A stretch of DNA of 64,000 nt from Ruthenibacterium lactatiformans (GCA_963614215.1 CAVECB010000001.1:38604-102603), one strand, 5' to 3'. Positions 43,623 to 53,872 are shown, counted from the stretch's first letter. Notes: generated from the sequence alone by a model not told the origin. Numbers and translations are program-made.

Positions 43623-44531
43623 ATGGACACCATCCGCACGGGCAGCACGGGTTCTGCCGTCTACGATGTGCAGCGGCGCCTGCGCATGCTCGGATACGAG
43701 CTGCAAGTGGACTCCGTGTTCGGCGACAAGACCCGCGCGGCCGTCGAGGCGTTTCGCCAAAGTGAGGGGCTGCCCGCAGGCGACGAGGTGGACGAGGCCA
43801 CGTGGAACGCCCTCGTGGACGCCACCTTTGCGCTGGGAGACCGCATGCTCTATTTGCGCATGCCCTATTTCCATGGCCAGGACGTGCGCTCCCTGCAGGA
43901 CATACTCGACGTGCTCGGCTTCGTCACGGGCGACCCCGACGGCATATTCGGGCCGCACACGGAGCGGGCGCTGCGCGAGTTCCAGGCTTCCGCGGGCATC
44001 ATAGACGACGGCATCGCGGGCGCGAGCACCTATGACGCCATCGAGCGCCTGCGCCATGCGTGGGCCGACAAGCAGGCGGCCGAGGATGTGCCCGCCGACA
44101 GGGCCTATATGGGTCTTGCCCGGGCGTTCGAGGCGCTGCAGGACATGGAGGCGTGCTTCTACGGCCTCGACGAGGCGGGGCGCGCCGTTGCCGCCCGCAT
44201 CGCAAACCTAGCGCGCGCGACCACCCCGACCGCCCGCGTGATGTGCGCAGACGAGCTGGACGGCGTGCCGCATGCTAGCATGCTGCTCGTGGGGGTGGCC
44301 TCGCCCGGAGCCTCGACGCAAGAAGGCGTGCCCATGGTGGCGGTCTCGGCGGACTACTCGTTTTCGAAGAGGCTCGCGACGGCCCTCGAGCTGGCGGGTG
44401 CCGGCGAGCGGCGCCTGGTCGTCGAGTTGCTGCCGCCTGCGGACAGCCTGGCGCAGGTGAGCGCGGAGCAATGGCAGCAGCATCTGGCCGTGCTCGTGCT
44501 CGATGCCTTCTGCAACGCCTTCTCGCGTTGA
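43623..44531 (+). CDS. protein with two peptidoglycan-binding (PG_binding_1-like) repeats and an uncharacterised C-terminal half
   Basis: GSAVYDVQRRLRMLGY...DSVFGDKTRAAVEAFRQSEGL and VRSLQDILDVLGF...DGIFGPHTERALREFQ match the PG-binding domain pattern. Confidence 0.7.
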   Translation: MDTIRTGSTGSAVYDVQRRLRMLGYELQVDSVFGDKTRAAVEAFRQSEGLPAGDEVDEATWNALVDATFALGDRMLYLRMPYFHGQDVRSLQDILDVLGFVTGDPDGIFGPHTERALREFQASAGIIDDGIAGASTYDAIERLRHAWADKQAAEDVPADRAYMGLARAFEALQDMEACFYGLDEAGRAVAARIANLARATTPTARVMCADELDGVPHASMLLVGVASPGASTQEGVPMVAVSADYSFSKRLATALELAGAGERRLVVELLPPADSLAQVSAEQWQQHLAVLVLDAFCNAFSR

Positions 44532-44735
44532 GTTTTCGCCTTTTTGCGGGGCCGCTGGCGAGGGCTGCGCCGCGCTGGCATCCTGACATGGCGGCGCTTT
44601 ACCCCGCCCCGTTTTCGCGTTCAAATGTGAAGGGGATGTGGGCGAAAAGTCTGAAATTTTCGGGCGCGCCTGCAATCGGGTGTACTATGGACTCTCGTAT
44701 GAAGAGCACGACGAACACATGCGGAGGTTTTCAAC

Positions 44736-45848
44736 ATGCCGCTCGAACTTGATCGCAGGTCTTTCACCAAAGCCGCAGCCGTTGTCGCCGGAGCCGCTTT
44801 CGCGCTCGCGCCGCAGCAGGCGCACGCCATCACCTCGGCGGAGAAGCAGGCGGAGGTGCAACAGGTCGCCTCGCAACTCGAATCCATCAACAGCGAGTTC
44901 GAGACCGCTGTCCAACAGTACAACAAGGCGCAAGACGACTACAACAACGCGACGAACGCCGTCGAGGAGTGCGAGGAGAAGATTTCTGCTGCGCAGGAAA
45001 AGATTGGCGGTTTGCAGGGGCGCCTAGAGACGCGCGCCACGAGCATGTATCGCAACGGCTCCATGAGCTATCTGGACGTGCTGCTGGGCACGGCGTCGTT
45101 TGCCGACTTTGCCACCGTTTGGGACACGCTGAACAACCTCAACGAAAACGACGCGGATCTGGTCTCGCAGGCCAAGGCGGCCAAGCAAGAGCTCGAGAAC
45201 ACGCAAGAAGAGCTCGCGGCCAACCAACAGGCGGCAAAGACCGCCGTCGCCGAGGCGAACAGCTACAAGGCCACGGTCGAGCAAAAGCAAAGCGAGTACA
45301 CCAACCTCTACGACAGTCTCTCCTCCGAGTACCAGCAGCTCTTGGAGCAAGAGCAGGCCGAACGCGACCGCGCCGCAGCCGCAGCGGCTGCCGCCTACAC
45401 CCCGACGGTCACCCAGGAAAGCTCCTCCTCGTCCGGCTCGAGCAGCTCTGGGTCCTCGTCGTCTGGCTCGTCGTCTTCTTCTAGCGGCGGCGGGTACGCT
45501 TCCTCCAGCTCCATCCCCACAAACGGCAGCGTCGTGGACTACGCGTACTCGCGCATCGGCTGCCCGTACGTGTGGGGCGCCTCCGGCCCGGACCAGTTCG
45601 ACTGCTCGGGTCTGACCATGTGGTGCTATGCGCAAATTGGCATTTCGCTGCCTCACTACGACGTGTCGCAGAAAAACTGTGCCAAGGCCATCTTGAACCC
45701 TGAGGACGCCGCCCCGGGCGACATCCTGTGGCGCTCCGGCCACGTGGCCATCTCCACCGGCGGCACCAACTACATCCACGCCCCGCACTCGGGTGCCGTG
45801 GTGTGCGAGGGCAGCGGCGGCCGCTGGACCTGTGCCCTGCGCTTTTAA
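44736..45848 (+). CDS. secreted NlpC/P60 peptidoglycan endopeptidase with a coiled-coil N-domain (RipA/CwlO-like)
   Basis: TAT-like signal DRRSFTKAAAVVAGAAF, a long coiled coil, a poly-Ser linker, and the catalytic residues DCSGL...GHVAI...HAPH. GGAGG lies upstream. Confidence 0.88.
   Translation: MPLELDRRSFTKAAAVVAGAAFALAPQQAHAITSAEKQAEVQQVASQLESINSEFETAVQQYNKAQDDYNNATNAVEECEEKISAAQEKIGGLQGRLETRATSMYRNGSMSYLDVLLGTASFADFATVWDTLNNLNENDADLVSQAKAAKQELENTQEELAANQQAAKTAVAEANSYKATVEQKQSEYTNLYDSLSSEYQQLLEQEQAERDRAAAAAAAAYTPTVTQESSSSSGSSSSGSSSSGSSSSSSGGGYASSSSIPTNGSVVDYAYSRIGCPYVWGASGPDQFDCSGLTMWCYAQIGISLPHYDVSQKNCAKAILNPEDAAPGDILWRSGHVAISTGGTNYIHAPHSGAVVCEGSGGRWTCALRF
45030..45164 (+). repeat. left arm of a 135-bp inverted repeat shared with the convergent paralogue
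   Basis: The first 80 nt (45030-45109) are identical to the reverse complement of 46570-46649. The next 55 nt carry 6 mismatches. The repeat encodes TRATSMYRNGSMSYLDVLLGTASFADFATVWDTLNNLNE. Confidence 0.9.
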
Positions 45849-45875
45849 GGGGGTTTCGCGCCTTTCGAGGCTGCG

Positions 45876-46937
45876 CTACATCCGCACGACGCGCCCGCGC
45901 ACTGCCGAGATCTTCACGACGGCGCCCGTGTGCGGCGCCTCGATCATCTGCCCGTTGCCGATGTAGAGGCCGCAGTGGTGGCTGCTGCACGAGACCACGT
46001 CGCCCGGTTGCGGGTTGCTCGCCGTGGGCAGCGAGGCGAAGTCCTGCGCGAGGTAGTGGCGTTTGTGGTCGCCATGCAAGGCGTATCCGACCAGCCCCGA
46101 GCAATCGTAGCCGTTAGGCCCCACGCCGCCCCACACATACGGCAGGCCAAGGCACGAGTACGCGCGATCGACGGCGGCGTTGCCGCTGTAGGACTGCGTG
46201 CCCCCGGATTGCGAGCTGCCCGACGAACCCGACGAGCTCGACGAAGAAGAACTCGAGCTGACGGACGTGACGGCCGGCGTGTAGGCCGCGGCCGCCCGCG
46301 CCTCTTCTTGTCTGCGCGCCTCCTCTTCTTGGGCGACGAGCTGGCGATACTCCTCGTTTAAGCTGTTGTAGAGCGCGTCGTACTCGCTTTTTTTCTGTTC
46401 GATTGTGGCCTTGTACGATTTCGCGTCGGCAAGCGCCTGCTCGGCCTCGGCCTGCTTGTCGTCGAGCGTCTGCTTCGTGGCCTCCAACTCGGCGCGCGCG
46501 CTCTTGTTGCTGGCGACGAGATCCGCATCGTCTTCGTTGAGGTTGTTCAACGTGTCCCAGACGGTGGCGAAGTCGGCAAACGACGCCGTGCCCAGCAGCA
46601 CGTCCAGATAGCTCATGGAGCCGTTGCGATACATGCTCGTGGCGCGCGTGCTCAGTTTGCCCTGCAGGCCGTCGATCTTTGCCTGGGTGCTGTCGATTTT
46701 TTTCTGGCATTCCTCGACTTCGGCGGTGGCCGACTCGTAGGTCATCTGCGCCCTGTTGTAGTCGTCGACGGCGGCCTCGAACTCCGAGTTGAGCGAGTCG
46801 AGTTTTTCCTTCGCCGCCTGCGCCTCGGCCTTTTTCTCGGCAGAAGTCACGCCAAACGCATCGCTTGGCCGCGAGGCAATCGCGATGCCGGCGACGGCTG
46901 CTGCGCCCACAAAAGTTCTGCGGTTCAGCATGTTCAT
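45876..46937 (-). CDS. secreted NlpC/P60 peptidoglycan endopeptidase, paralogue of 44736-45848
   Basis: ORF trimmed to ATG 46935-46937 (MNMLNRRTFVGAAAVAG, TAT-like), with GGAGG 8 nt upstream. The architecture matches the paralogue, with DCSGL...HHCGLY...EAPH. Confidence 0.88.
   Translation of the reverse strand: MNMLNRRTFVGAAAVAGIAIASRPSDAFGVTSAEKKAEAQAAKEKLDSLNSEFEAAVDDYNRAQMTYESATAEVEECQKKIDSTQAKIDGLQGKLSTRATSMYRNGSMSYLDVLLGTASFADFATVWDTLNNLNEDDADLVASNKSARAELEATKQTLDDKQAEAEQALADAKSYKATIEQKKSEYDALYNSLNEEYRQLVAQEEEARRQEEARAAAAYTPAVTSVSSSSSSSSSSGSSGSSQSGGTQSYSGNAAVDRAYSCLGLPYVWGGVGPNGYDCSGLVGYALHGDHKRHYLAQDFASLPTASNPQPGDVVSCSSHHCGLYIGNGQMIEAPHTGAVVKISAVRGRVVRM
46515..46649 (-). repeat. right arm of the 135-bp inverted repeat
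   Basis: See 45030-45164. Both arms start at codon phase 0 (codon 99 of one gene and codon 97 of the other). Confidence 0.9.
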
Positions 46938-47118
46938 ATGTACGACCTCCGAACTAGTTTGCTTCCAGTAGGTCGCCCAATCACAGGAGCGCATATGGTA
47001 GCACGCGCGCTGCGCGCGTCAAGAAGCCCGTGTAGACACCTTGCCTTGCGCATCGCCGCCCACATCGCGCTATCCTTCACCGTGCACTTTTTTCGCGCCT
47101 TCGCCTAAAGGAGCACAT

Positions 47119-49386
47119 GTGACACGCGCCGCAAACAAACTGGTTTATCTTTTCGAGCTCGATTCCGTGCGGGCCTCGCCCATGCAGATCAACGCCGGCC
47201 TGCAGGCCCTCTACGACGAGATTGTCGTGAACGGCAACACGGTTGTGCTCACCTTCAACCAAATCGCCGATTCTGCGCTGTTTTACGAGCTCATGAACAA
47301 AGCGCGTCGTGAAGAGGCCGGCGAGACGTTTGAAAATCTCGTCCGGCTGTTCCAAAACGGCGCGTTGAAGATATCGCAGTTCGCTACGACGAGGACCATC
47401 GTCCAGTTCCTCATCGACAAGCTCGACTCCGATTCGTTCGTGTATTCCGCTTGGCCCATGAAAAGCTCCCAGCCCAAATTGTGCGCCCTGATCAAGCGCT
47501 CCCTGGAGACCTGCGATTTGTCGGAGCTGGCCTATTTCAAGAAAGACGACGTGCCGGCCGACGAGCTGAGAGGCCTGTTTTACGACACCGGCGAGAAGGC
47601 GCGCAAAAAATCCGGCGGGAACCTGCCGAAAGAGTCGCTGGCGTCGCTGCATGAGAAAATCGACATGATCTACTGGCTGGTCCGCTTCGTGCTGCGGATC
47701 AGCATCATCCCCGACATCTACCTTCCGCCCAAGGCTGAGATAGACGACGCCTTCAAGATGCGCGCGCTGCTGAAATTCGTCGTGGAAAACAATATCGACC
47801 CCGCAGTCAATGCCCTGGCGTCGCTTCCCGCTTATATCGAAGGCGACAACACCCGCTCTGCCTACGAAAGCGACATCGACGAGCTTGTCGCCCAAGGCTG
47901 CAGCGAAGAGACCGCCTGCAAGATAAAGCTAATGGTCGACCTGTGCTACAACTATGCAAGCGAGCGCTCGATTTTCGGAATTTCTTTGCACTACGGCTGC
48001 CCGGACGGCAAGAAAGACGCCCCCGGCGAGGACTTTCTGCAAGATTTCACGGCAAGGTTTGCCGACGAGCTTGCGCAGTTTGAAAAAGACGACGCCCGAA
48101 AAGCGCGCGCTTCAAGAGACGAGAAAAGCTACAAGGCCGCAGATCCGGGCGCGATTGCGTTTCCCGACCTTGCCGGCGCGGTGGCAGCCTCCAGGCTCTC
48201 CCACAAAAAGCACAAGGGCGATTTCCAGAACAAGGAGCACGTCTCGGTGGAGACCTACGAGCGGGGCTTTGCCGAGGCGAAGAAGCGGCACCGCAAAAAC
48301 CTGTTCGGCGGCTTTTTCTCGAGGATCCTCTTGCTGTTGCTTTGCCTCTTCATCGCGGTGTGCCTCGATTTTTCCACGGGCGCCCTCGAAGAGGCGGTCT
48401 CTTCGAGCATCCCGTTTTCCGATATCGTGACGGTGATGCTCGAGACCTTGCTGTTTTTGCTCGTTTCGGAATACATCACCGTCTGGCTCTCGAAGAGGAT
48501 TCCGCATTTTGTGTCGTTGTCGGAGGCGATTGCGGAGGTCGTCGTCGCCGGCAAGAACGCTTTTAGGACCTTTCGCAGCGCGTGCACCCATATAAACACC
48601 GCGGGGACGGCAAGCCCGACAAGCCCGACAAACGTGCGCGAGAGCAGGGAGGATGCGGCAAAACTGTGGTTTCCCACCATCTCAAAGAGCCTAAAGAGGA
48701 GCCGGAGTGCTTGGGAGGGCAAGTTCACCGAAGGCGAGCTTGCGCACTACGAGGAGGTGAGCAACAAGAAGCTGGGGCTGGTATATAGCAGCGAATACCA
48801 CGACTTCTACGTCGACCCCGTGGGGCGTGCCGAAAGGAAGGCCGCCCCCGCAGACAAGAAGGCCGCCCCCGCAGACGACGCGGCCGTCACGGGGTTTTAC
48901 GAGCGGCTCGAAAACAGGAACGCGGGCGCCGTCGTCGTCATCCCCGTGCACGAGGGCAAGTTCGTTTTCTTGAAGCAGTTCCGCCATTCCATCTCGGGGG
49001 AGGCGTACTCGCTGCCGCGCGGCTTTGGAGAAAAGGGCGTGTCTGCTGCGAAAAACGTTGCCAAAGAGCTTGGCGAAGAGCTGCACACGGACGTCTTGGG
49101 CACGCCCGTGCACCTCGGCAGGTGCTATCCCGACACGGGAATCATGGGGGCATATGCCGAGGTGTTCCTCGCCGAGGTCGGGAAATGCCGCGTGGAACCC
49201 GGCTACGAGGGGATTCGCGACATCGCGTTTGTCGCGCCGGGCGACGTGGAGGAACTGATGGTAAAAGACTCGCCGTCGGCCCCCTTCGAGCTGCACGACG
49301 GGTTCTCGCTTTGCGCGCTTGCTCTGCTCCACGCAAAGCTTGCGTCTGCAAACCTGAGCCTGGAGCAGCTGCTCGGAGATGCGTAG
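47119..49386 (+). CDS. orphan 755-aa protein: unknown N-terminal domain (~400 aa), two TM helices, C-terminal NudF-like Nudix domain
   Basis: GTG 47119 with AAAGGAG 6 nt upstream. The TM segments are FFSRILLLLLCLFIAVCLDF and IVTVMLETLLFLLVSEYITVWL. The C-terminus reads AVVVIPVHEGKFVFLKQFRHSISGEAYSLPRGFGEKGVSAAKNVAKELGEELH, a Nudix box with the REUxEE core present as KELGEE. GC is visibly lower over ~47.1-48.7 kb. Confidence 0.75.
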   Translation: MTRAANKLVYLFELDSVRASPMQINAGLQALYDEIVVNGNTVVLTFNQIADSALFYELMNKARREEAGETFENLVRLFQNGALKISQFATTRTIVQFLIDKLDSDSFVYSAWPMKSSQPKLCALIKRSLETCDLSELAYFKKDDVPADELRGLFYDTGEKARKKSGGNLPKESLASLHEKIDMIYWLVRFVLRISIIPDIYLPPKAEIDDAFKMRALLKFVVENNIDPAVNALASLPAYIEGDNTRSAYESDIDELVAQGCSEETACKIKLMVDLCYNYASERSIFGISLHYGCPDGKKDAPGEDFLQDFTARFADELAQFEKDDARKARASRDEKSYKAADPGAIAFPDLAGAVAASRLSHKKHKGDFQNKEHVSVETYERGFAEAKKRHRKNLFGGFFSRILLLLLCLFIAVCLDFSTGALEEAVSSSIPFSDIVTVMLETLLFLLVSEYITVWLSKRIPHFVSLSEAIAEVVVAGKNAFRTFRSACTHINTAGTASPTSPTNVRESREDAAKLWFPTISKSLKRSRSAWEGKFTEGELAHYEEVSNKKLGLVYSSEYHDFYVDPVGRAERKAAPADKKAAPADDAAVTGFYERLENRNAGAVVVIPVHEGKFVFLKQFRHSISGEAYSLPRGFGEKGVSAAKNVAKELGEELHTDVLGTPVHLGRCYPDTGIMGAYAEVFLAEVGKCRVEPGYEGIRDIAFVAPGDVEELMVKDSPSAPFELHDGFSLCALALLHAKLASANLSLEQLLGDA

Positions 49387-49488
49387 GGCAAAGGCCGGGG
49401 GAAAGCGCCGGGCAAAAAGCCGGGTAAAAACCACGCGCCTTTGCCACGTCTGATGCAATCGGAGCCGGGGGGCGGCTACAATGGGCGC

Positions 49489-49953
49489 ATGGCGCTTCTC
49501 GGTATCATATCGGACACGCACGGCACGCTCGATGCGGCCGTCTATGACGCGTTTGCGAACGTGGACGCGATTGTGCACGCGGGCGACATCGGTCCACGTA
49601 GCCTGCTGTGGGAGCTAGAGACCATTGCGCCGACCATCGCCGTCAGGGGCAACAACGACTGGGGCGACTACGGCTCGGCTGTCGGCGAGAGCGCGACGCC
49701 CGAGATAGGCGGGGTGGAGCTGTTCGTCTCGCATTTCCCGGAAGACGCCGAAGAAGCGGCGCGCTCGGGCGAGTACGACCTGGTCGTCCACGGGCATACG
49801 CACGTCCCGCGCGAGGAGCTCGTCGGCACGACCAAGCTGCTGAACCCCGGCTCGGCGACCCGCCCGCGTGCCGGCAGCGACCCGTCCGTCATGCTCGTTT
49901 CCCTGAAAGACGGCGTCGTCGGTCCGGTGCGCCTCGTCAGCCTGCTCGACTAG
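49489..49953 (+). CDS. YfcE/MJ0936-family metallophosphoesterase
   Basis: ORF trimmed to ATG 49489 (MALLGIISDTHG). Motifs HAGD, GNND and VHGHTH are present. Confidence 0.8.
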   Translation: MALLGIISDTHGTLDAAVYDAFANVDAIVHAGDIGPRSLLWELETIAPTIAVRGNNDWGDYGSAVGESATPEIGGVELFVSHFPEDAEEAARSGEYDLVVHGHTHVPREELVGTTKLLNPGSATRPRAGSDPSVMLVSLKDGVVGPVRLVSLLD

Positions 49954-50147
49954 CCTGACCGCCGCACCCGCCTTTTGGGCGCGTCATGTGGGCACGGCGC
50001 TTTCCTGCGCCGCCAAGGGGTGTTTTCGCAGGTTTGCTGTGGATTTCGCCGTTTTTTCGTTTTACGCTAGAATTACCAAGTTAATGTTCGTTTCGCGGCA
50101 GGCGGCGCGCCGAGGATGCGCCGCGCCCGAAGAGAGGAACGCGAGAA

Positions 50148-50678
50148 ATGGCACTCTACACTCCGGACTACAAGCCCAACGGCAACGAGGTCGCCGTCAT
50201 CACGACGGACAAGGGCACCATCAAGGTTCAGCTGCACGGCGCCGACGCCCCCATTCACGTGGGCAACTTCGTCGAGCTGGCGCAAAAGGGCTTCTACGAC
50301 GGCCTGAAATTTCACCGCTACGAGCCCGGATTCGTCATCCAGGGCGGCTGCCCCCATACGCGCGACATGAGCCAGGCCGACGTCGCGGCGGGCAAGTTCG
50401 GGCCTTCCGGCCGTCCTGGCACGGGCGGTCCGGGATATGCAATTAAAGGCGAGTGGATGACCAACCCCCACAACGAGCACAAGGACGGCACGCTGGCCAT
50501 GGCGCGCAGCCAGGCACCGGATTCCGCGGGCAGCCAGTTCTACTTCTGCTTGGGCGACCAGCCGTTCCTCGATTCCAACTACACGGTTTTCGGCGACACG
50601 CTCGAAGGCCTCGACGTCATCGGCCAGTTGCGCGCCGGCGACCTGATCGAGTCCGTGCGTATCGAGGGCGCCAACTAA
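50148..50678 (+). CDS. ppiB: peptidyl-prolyl cis-trans isomerase (cyclophilin type)
   Basis: FHRYEPGFVIQGG, GTLAMAR...SQFYFCL and YTVFGDTLEG are cyclophilin signatures. Confidence 0.88.
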   Translation: MALYTPDYKPNGNEVAVITTDKGTIKVQLHGADAPIHVGNFVELAQKGFYDGLKFHRYEPGFVIQGGCPHTRDMSQADVAAGKFGPSGRPGTGGPGYAIKGEWMTNPHNEHKDGTLAMARSQAPDSAGSQFYFCLGDQPFLDSNYTVFGDTLEGLDVIGQLRAGDLIESVRIEGAN

Positions 50679-50710
50679 AAAAGACGACCGATTGCATCGG
50701 GAGGCGCATT

Positions 50711-52216
50711 TTGAACGTCACGGCATTCAAACAGGCACGCGAGGCGTATGCGGCCAAAGACTACAAGACGGCGCTGGCGGGCTTTCTCGCCTGCTCGCAC
50801 GAGCTCGACGGCTTGAGCGGGGAGGACAAGGCGAAGTTCTTCCAGCTGCTGGGCAACTGCCGCATCAAGACCGGCGACGCCCGCCGCGCGGCCGAGAGCT
50901 ACACCCGCGCGCTCTCCAGTGCTTCCGACGAGCGCAAACCCGCGCTGTACGCCAGCCTGGGCACCGCCTTGCTGGGCGTCAAGGACTACGACGAGGCGCT
51001 GGCCGCGTTCAACAAGGCGCTCGACTGCCCCGGCTACCGCACGCCCTACAAGGCTTACAGCGGCATCGGCGCAGCGCAGCTCGCGTTGGGCAAGACCGAG
51101 GAGGCGGGCGCGGCGTGGCGCGAGGCGGCGCTGGACCCGAACAATCCGAAACCGGCAAAGGCGCTGGTGAACCTGGGCGCGTGCTTCATGGAACTTGCGC
51201 GGCCCAAGGATGCGGTCGTCAGCTACGAGACGGCGCTTGACCTCGGGCTGGACAAGCCAGCGGCCGACAAGGCGTGGGCGGCCTTGGGTCAAGCGTACAT
51301 GGCCGAAGGGCGGGTGAAGCGCGCGATCGCCGCCTTCGAGGAGGCCACGGCCGACGGCAGCTACAAGCTCTCGCCGATGGCCGCGCACGACCTCGAAGTG
51401 GCGCGCGGCTTAGAAAAGCGCCTCGAGGCCAAGGCTCCGGGCATACTCGACACTGCGAGCTTGCCGGTCGTCCCCGCAGACGACGCGGACGCGGCAGGCG
51501 ACACAGGCGACGCGGCCACACGCGATGAGCAGTCCGACCCCTTCACCCCGCAGACGCGCGCGCAAGACGACGCGCAGTCCTTTTCCGGCACCACGGGCAG
51601 CATGGAGGCCTACCGCGACGAGGGCTACTCGCTGAGCTATGCCGCCTCCGACGGTCTGGCAGACGCGCATGGCTTCGACGATGCCGGACGCATGCCCGGC
51701 GGATATGCTCCCGGCCAGACCGGCGACATCCCCTCGCCGGAGCTGTCGGGCTTTTTCGACACGAGCGAGGAGCAAATAGACGAAGAGGCGGAAATGATGC
51801 GCCGCCGCAAGAAGCACCGCTCGGGCGGCGTCGGCTTGAAGGTGGCCATCGCCGTCGTGGCGGTGTTAATCGTGTTGGTGGCCGCGGCCATCGGCGCGTA
51901 CGCGGCCGGATATGGCTACCCGTCGGCGGAAAGCGTGGCGCAGGACTTCTTCACCTCTGCGCAGTCCAAGAAGTCGGCGGACGCCTACTGGGACTCCTCG
52001 GTGGACGCCAGCTCGCGCAGCTCGCAGATCGCCGCTTTGTCGGGCACGAGCGGCTGCAGCGTCGAGGCAGTTGAGCGCGGCATGGCGCAGTCCAAGGTCT
52101 ACGTGAAATCTACGCTGCAAGAAGGCGGCGACATTTCCTACGAGGTGGGGTTGGGCCGCGACGGTCTGGGCTGGAAGGTCCTCTACGTGTCGCTGTACTT
52201 CCCATCCAGGCAATAG
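50711..52216 (+). CDS. TPR-repeat protein with a C-terminal TM anchor and extracytoplasmic tail
   Basis: Several TPR-like units (YKTALAGFLAC, AAESYTRAL, YDEALAAFNKAL, AIAAFEEA), an acidic linker and a TM helix (VAIAVVAVLIVLVAAAIGAYAA). The start is uncertain (TTG 50711). ORF 50453-52216 overlaps ppiB. Confidence 0.6.
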   Translation: MNVTAFKQAREAYAAKDYKTALAGFLACSHELDGLSGEDKAKFFQLLGNCRIKTGDARRAAESYTRALSSASDERKPALYASLGTALLGVKDYDEALAAFNKALDCPGYRTPYKAYSGIGAAQLALGKTEEAGAAWREAALDPNNPKPAKALVNLGACFMELARPKDAVVSYETALDLGLDKPAADKAWAALGQAYMAEGRVKRAIAAFEEATADGSYKLSPMAAHDLEVARGLEKRLEAKAPGILDTASLPVVPADDADAAGDTGDAATRDEQSDPFTPQTRAQDDAQSFSGTTGSMEAYRDEGYSLSYAASDGLADAHGFDDAGRMPGGYAPGQTGDIPSPELSGFFDTSEEQIDEEAEMMRRRKKHRSGGVGLKVAIAVVAVLIVLVAAAIGAYAAGYGYPSAESVAQDFFTSAQSKKSADAYWDSSVDASSRSSQIAALSGTSGCSVEAVERGMAQSKVYVKSTLQEGGDISYEVGLGRDGLGWKVLYVSLYFPSRQ

Positions 52217-52306
52217 CCTCTCGGCCCGCGCGTCCGGCCGCGTTCACGCGCGGACCGCATGCGGGTCTTCGGCGATATACGAGACGATAAAAGGAGCAAC
52301 GAGAAC

Positions 52307-52714
52307 ATGGCAATCGAGAAAACCTACACGATGATCAAGCCCGACGGCGTGCGCAACGGCCATATCGGCCAGATCGTGGGTCGCTTCGAAAACGTCGGCC
52401 TGACGGTGGAGCGCATGGAGCTGGCGCAGGTCAGCCAAGAGCAGGCCGAGGCCAACTACGCCGAGCACAAGGGCAAGCCGTTCTACGACGGCCTGATCGA
52501 GTACGTGACCAGCGGTCCGGTGGTGAAGATGGTCGTGTCCGGCGAAAACGCCGTGGCCACGGTGCGCAAACTCATGGGCGCCACCAACCCCGCCGACGCC
52601 GCCCCCGGCACCATCCGCGGCGATTTCGGCCTGACCATGGACGAAAATGTCATCCACGGTAGCGATTCTGTGGAGAGCGCGCAACGCGAAATTGGCGTTT
52701 TCTTCGGCGCCTAG
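52307..52714 (+). CDS. ndk: nucleoside diphosphate kinase
   Basis: ORF trimmed to ATG 52307 (MAIEKTYTMIKPDGV). NVIHGSDS contains the active-site His. Confidence 0.92.
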   Translation: MAIEKTYTMIKPDGVRNGHIGQIVGRFENVGLTVERMELAQVSQEQAEANYAEHKGKPFYDGLIEYVTSGPVVKMVVSGENAVATVRKLMGATNPADAAPGTIRGDFGLTMDENVIHGSDSVESAQREIGVFFGA

Positions 52715-52760
52715 GAGCGCGTGCTACACTCGGTTTTCGCGTAGGCGATTGTTGTGTCGA

Positions 52761-52791
52761 AGCGCGGCCGCAGGTCTGCGGCGGCGCTTTT
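52761..52791 (+). terminator. intrinsic terminator after ndk
   Basis: AGCGCGGCCGCAG-GTC-CTGCGGCGGCGCT (12 of 13 bp paired) followed by TTTT. Confidence 0.6.
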
Positions 52792-52831
52792 GGCATCTTG
52801 AATAGGGCACGGCGAGGAGAAAGTCTAAGAC

Positions 52832-53872
<1,041 letters not shown>

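Noticed and set aside
44532-44735. A c-di-AMP (ydaO-type) riboswitch or other leader upstream of the NlpC/P60 genes, as seen upstream of wall hydrolases in some actinobacteria.
   Set aside because: I could not find the conserved ydaO sequence blocks by eye in either hydrolase leader (44532-44735 or 46938-47118). Only ordinary promoter-like hexamers and short UTRs are visible. An Infernal scan would be needed to be certain.
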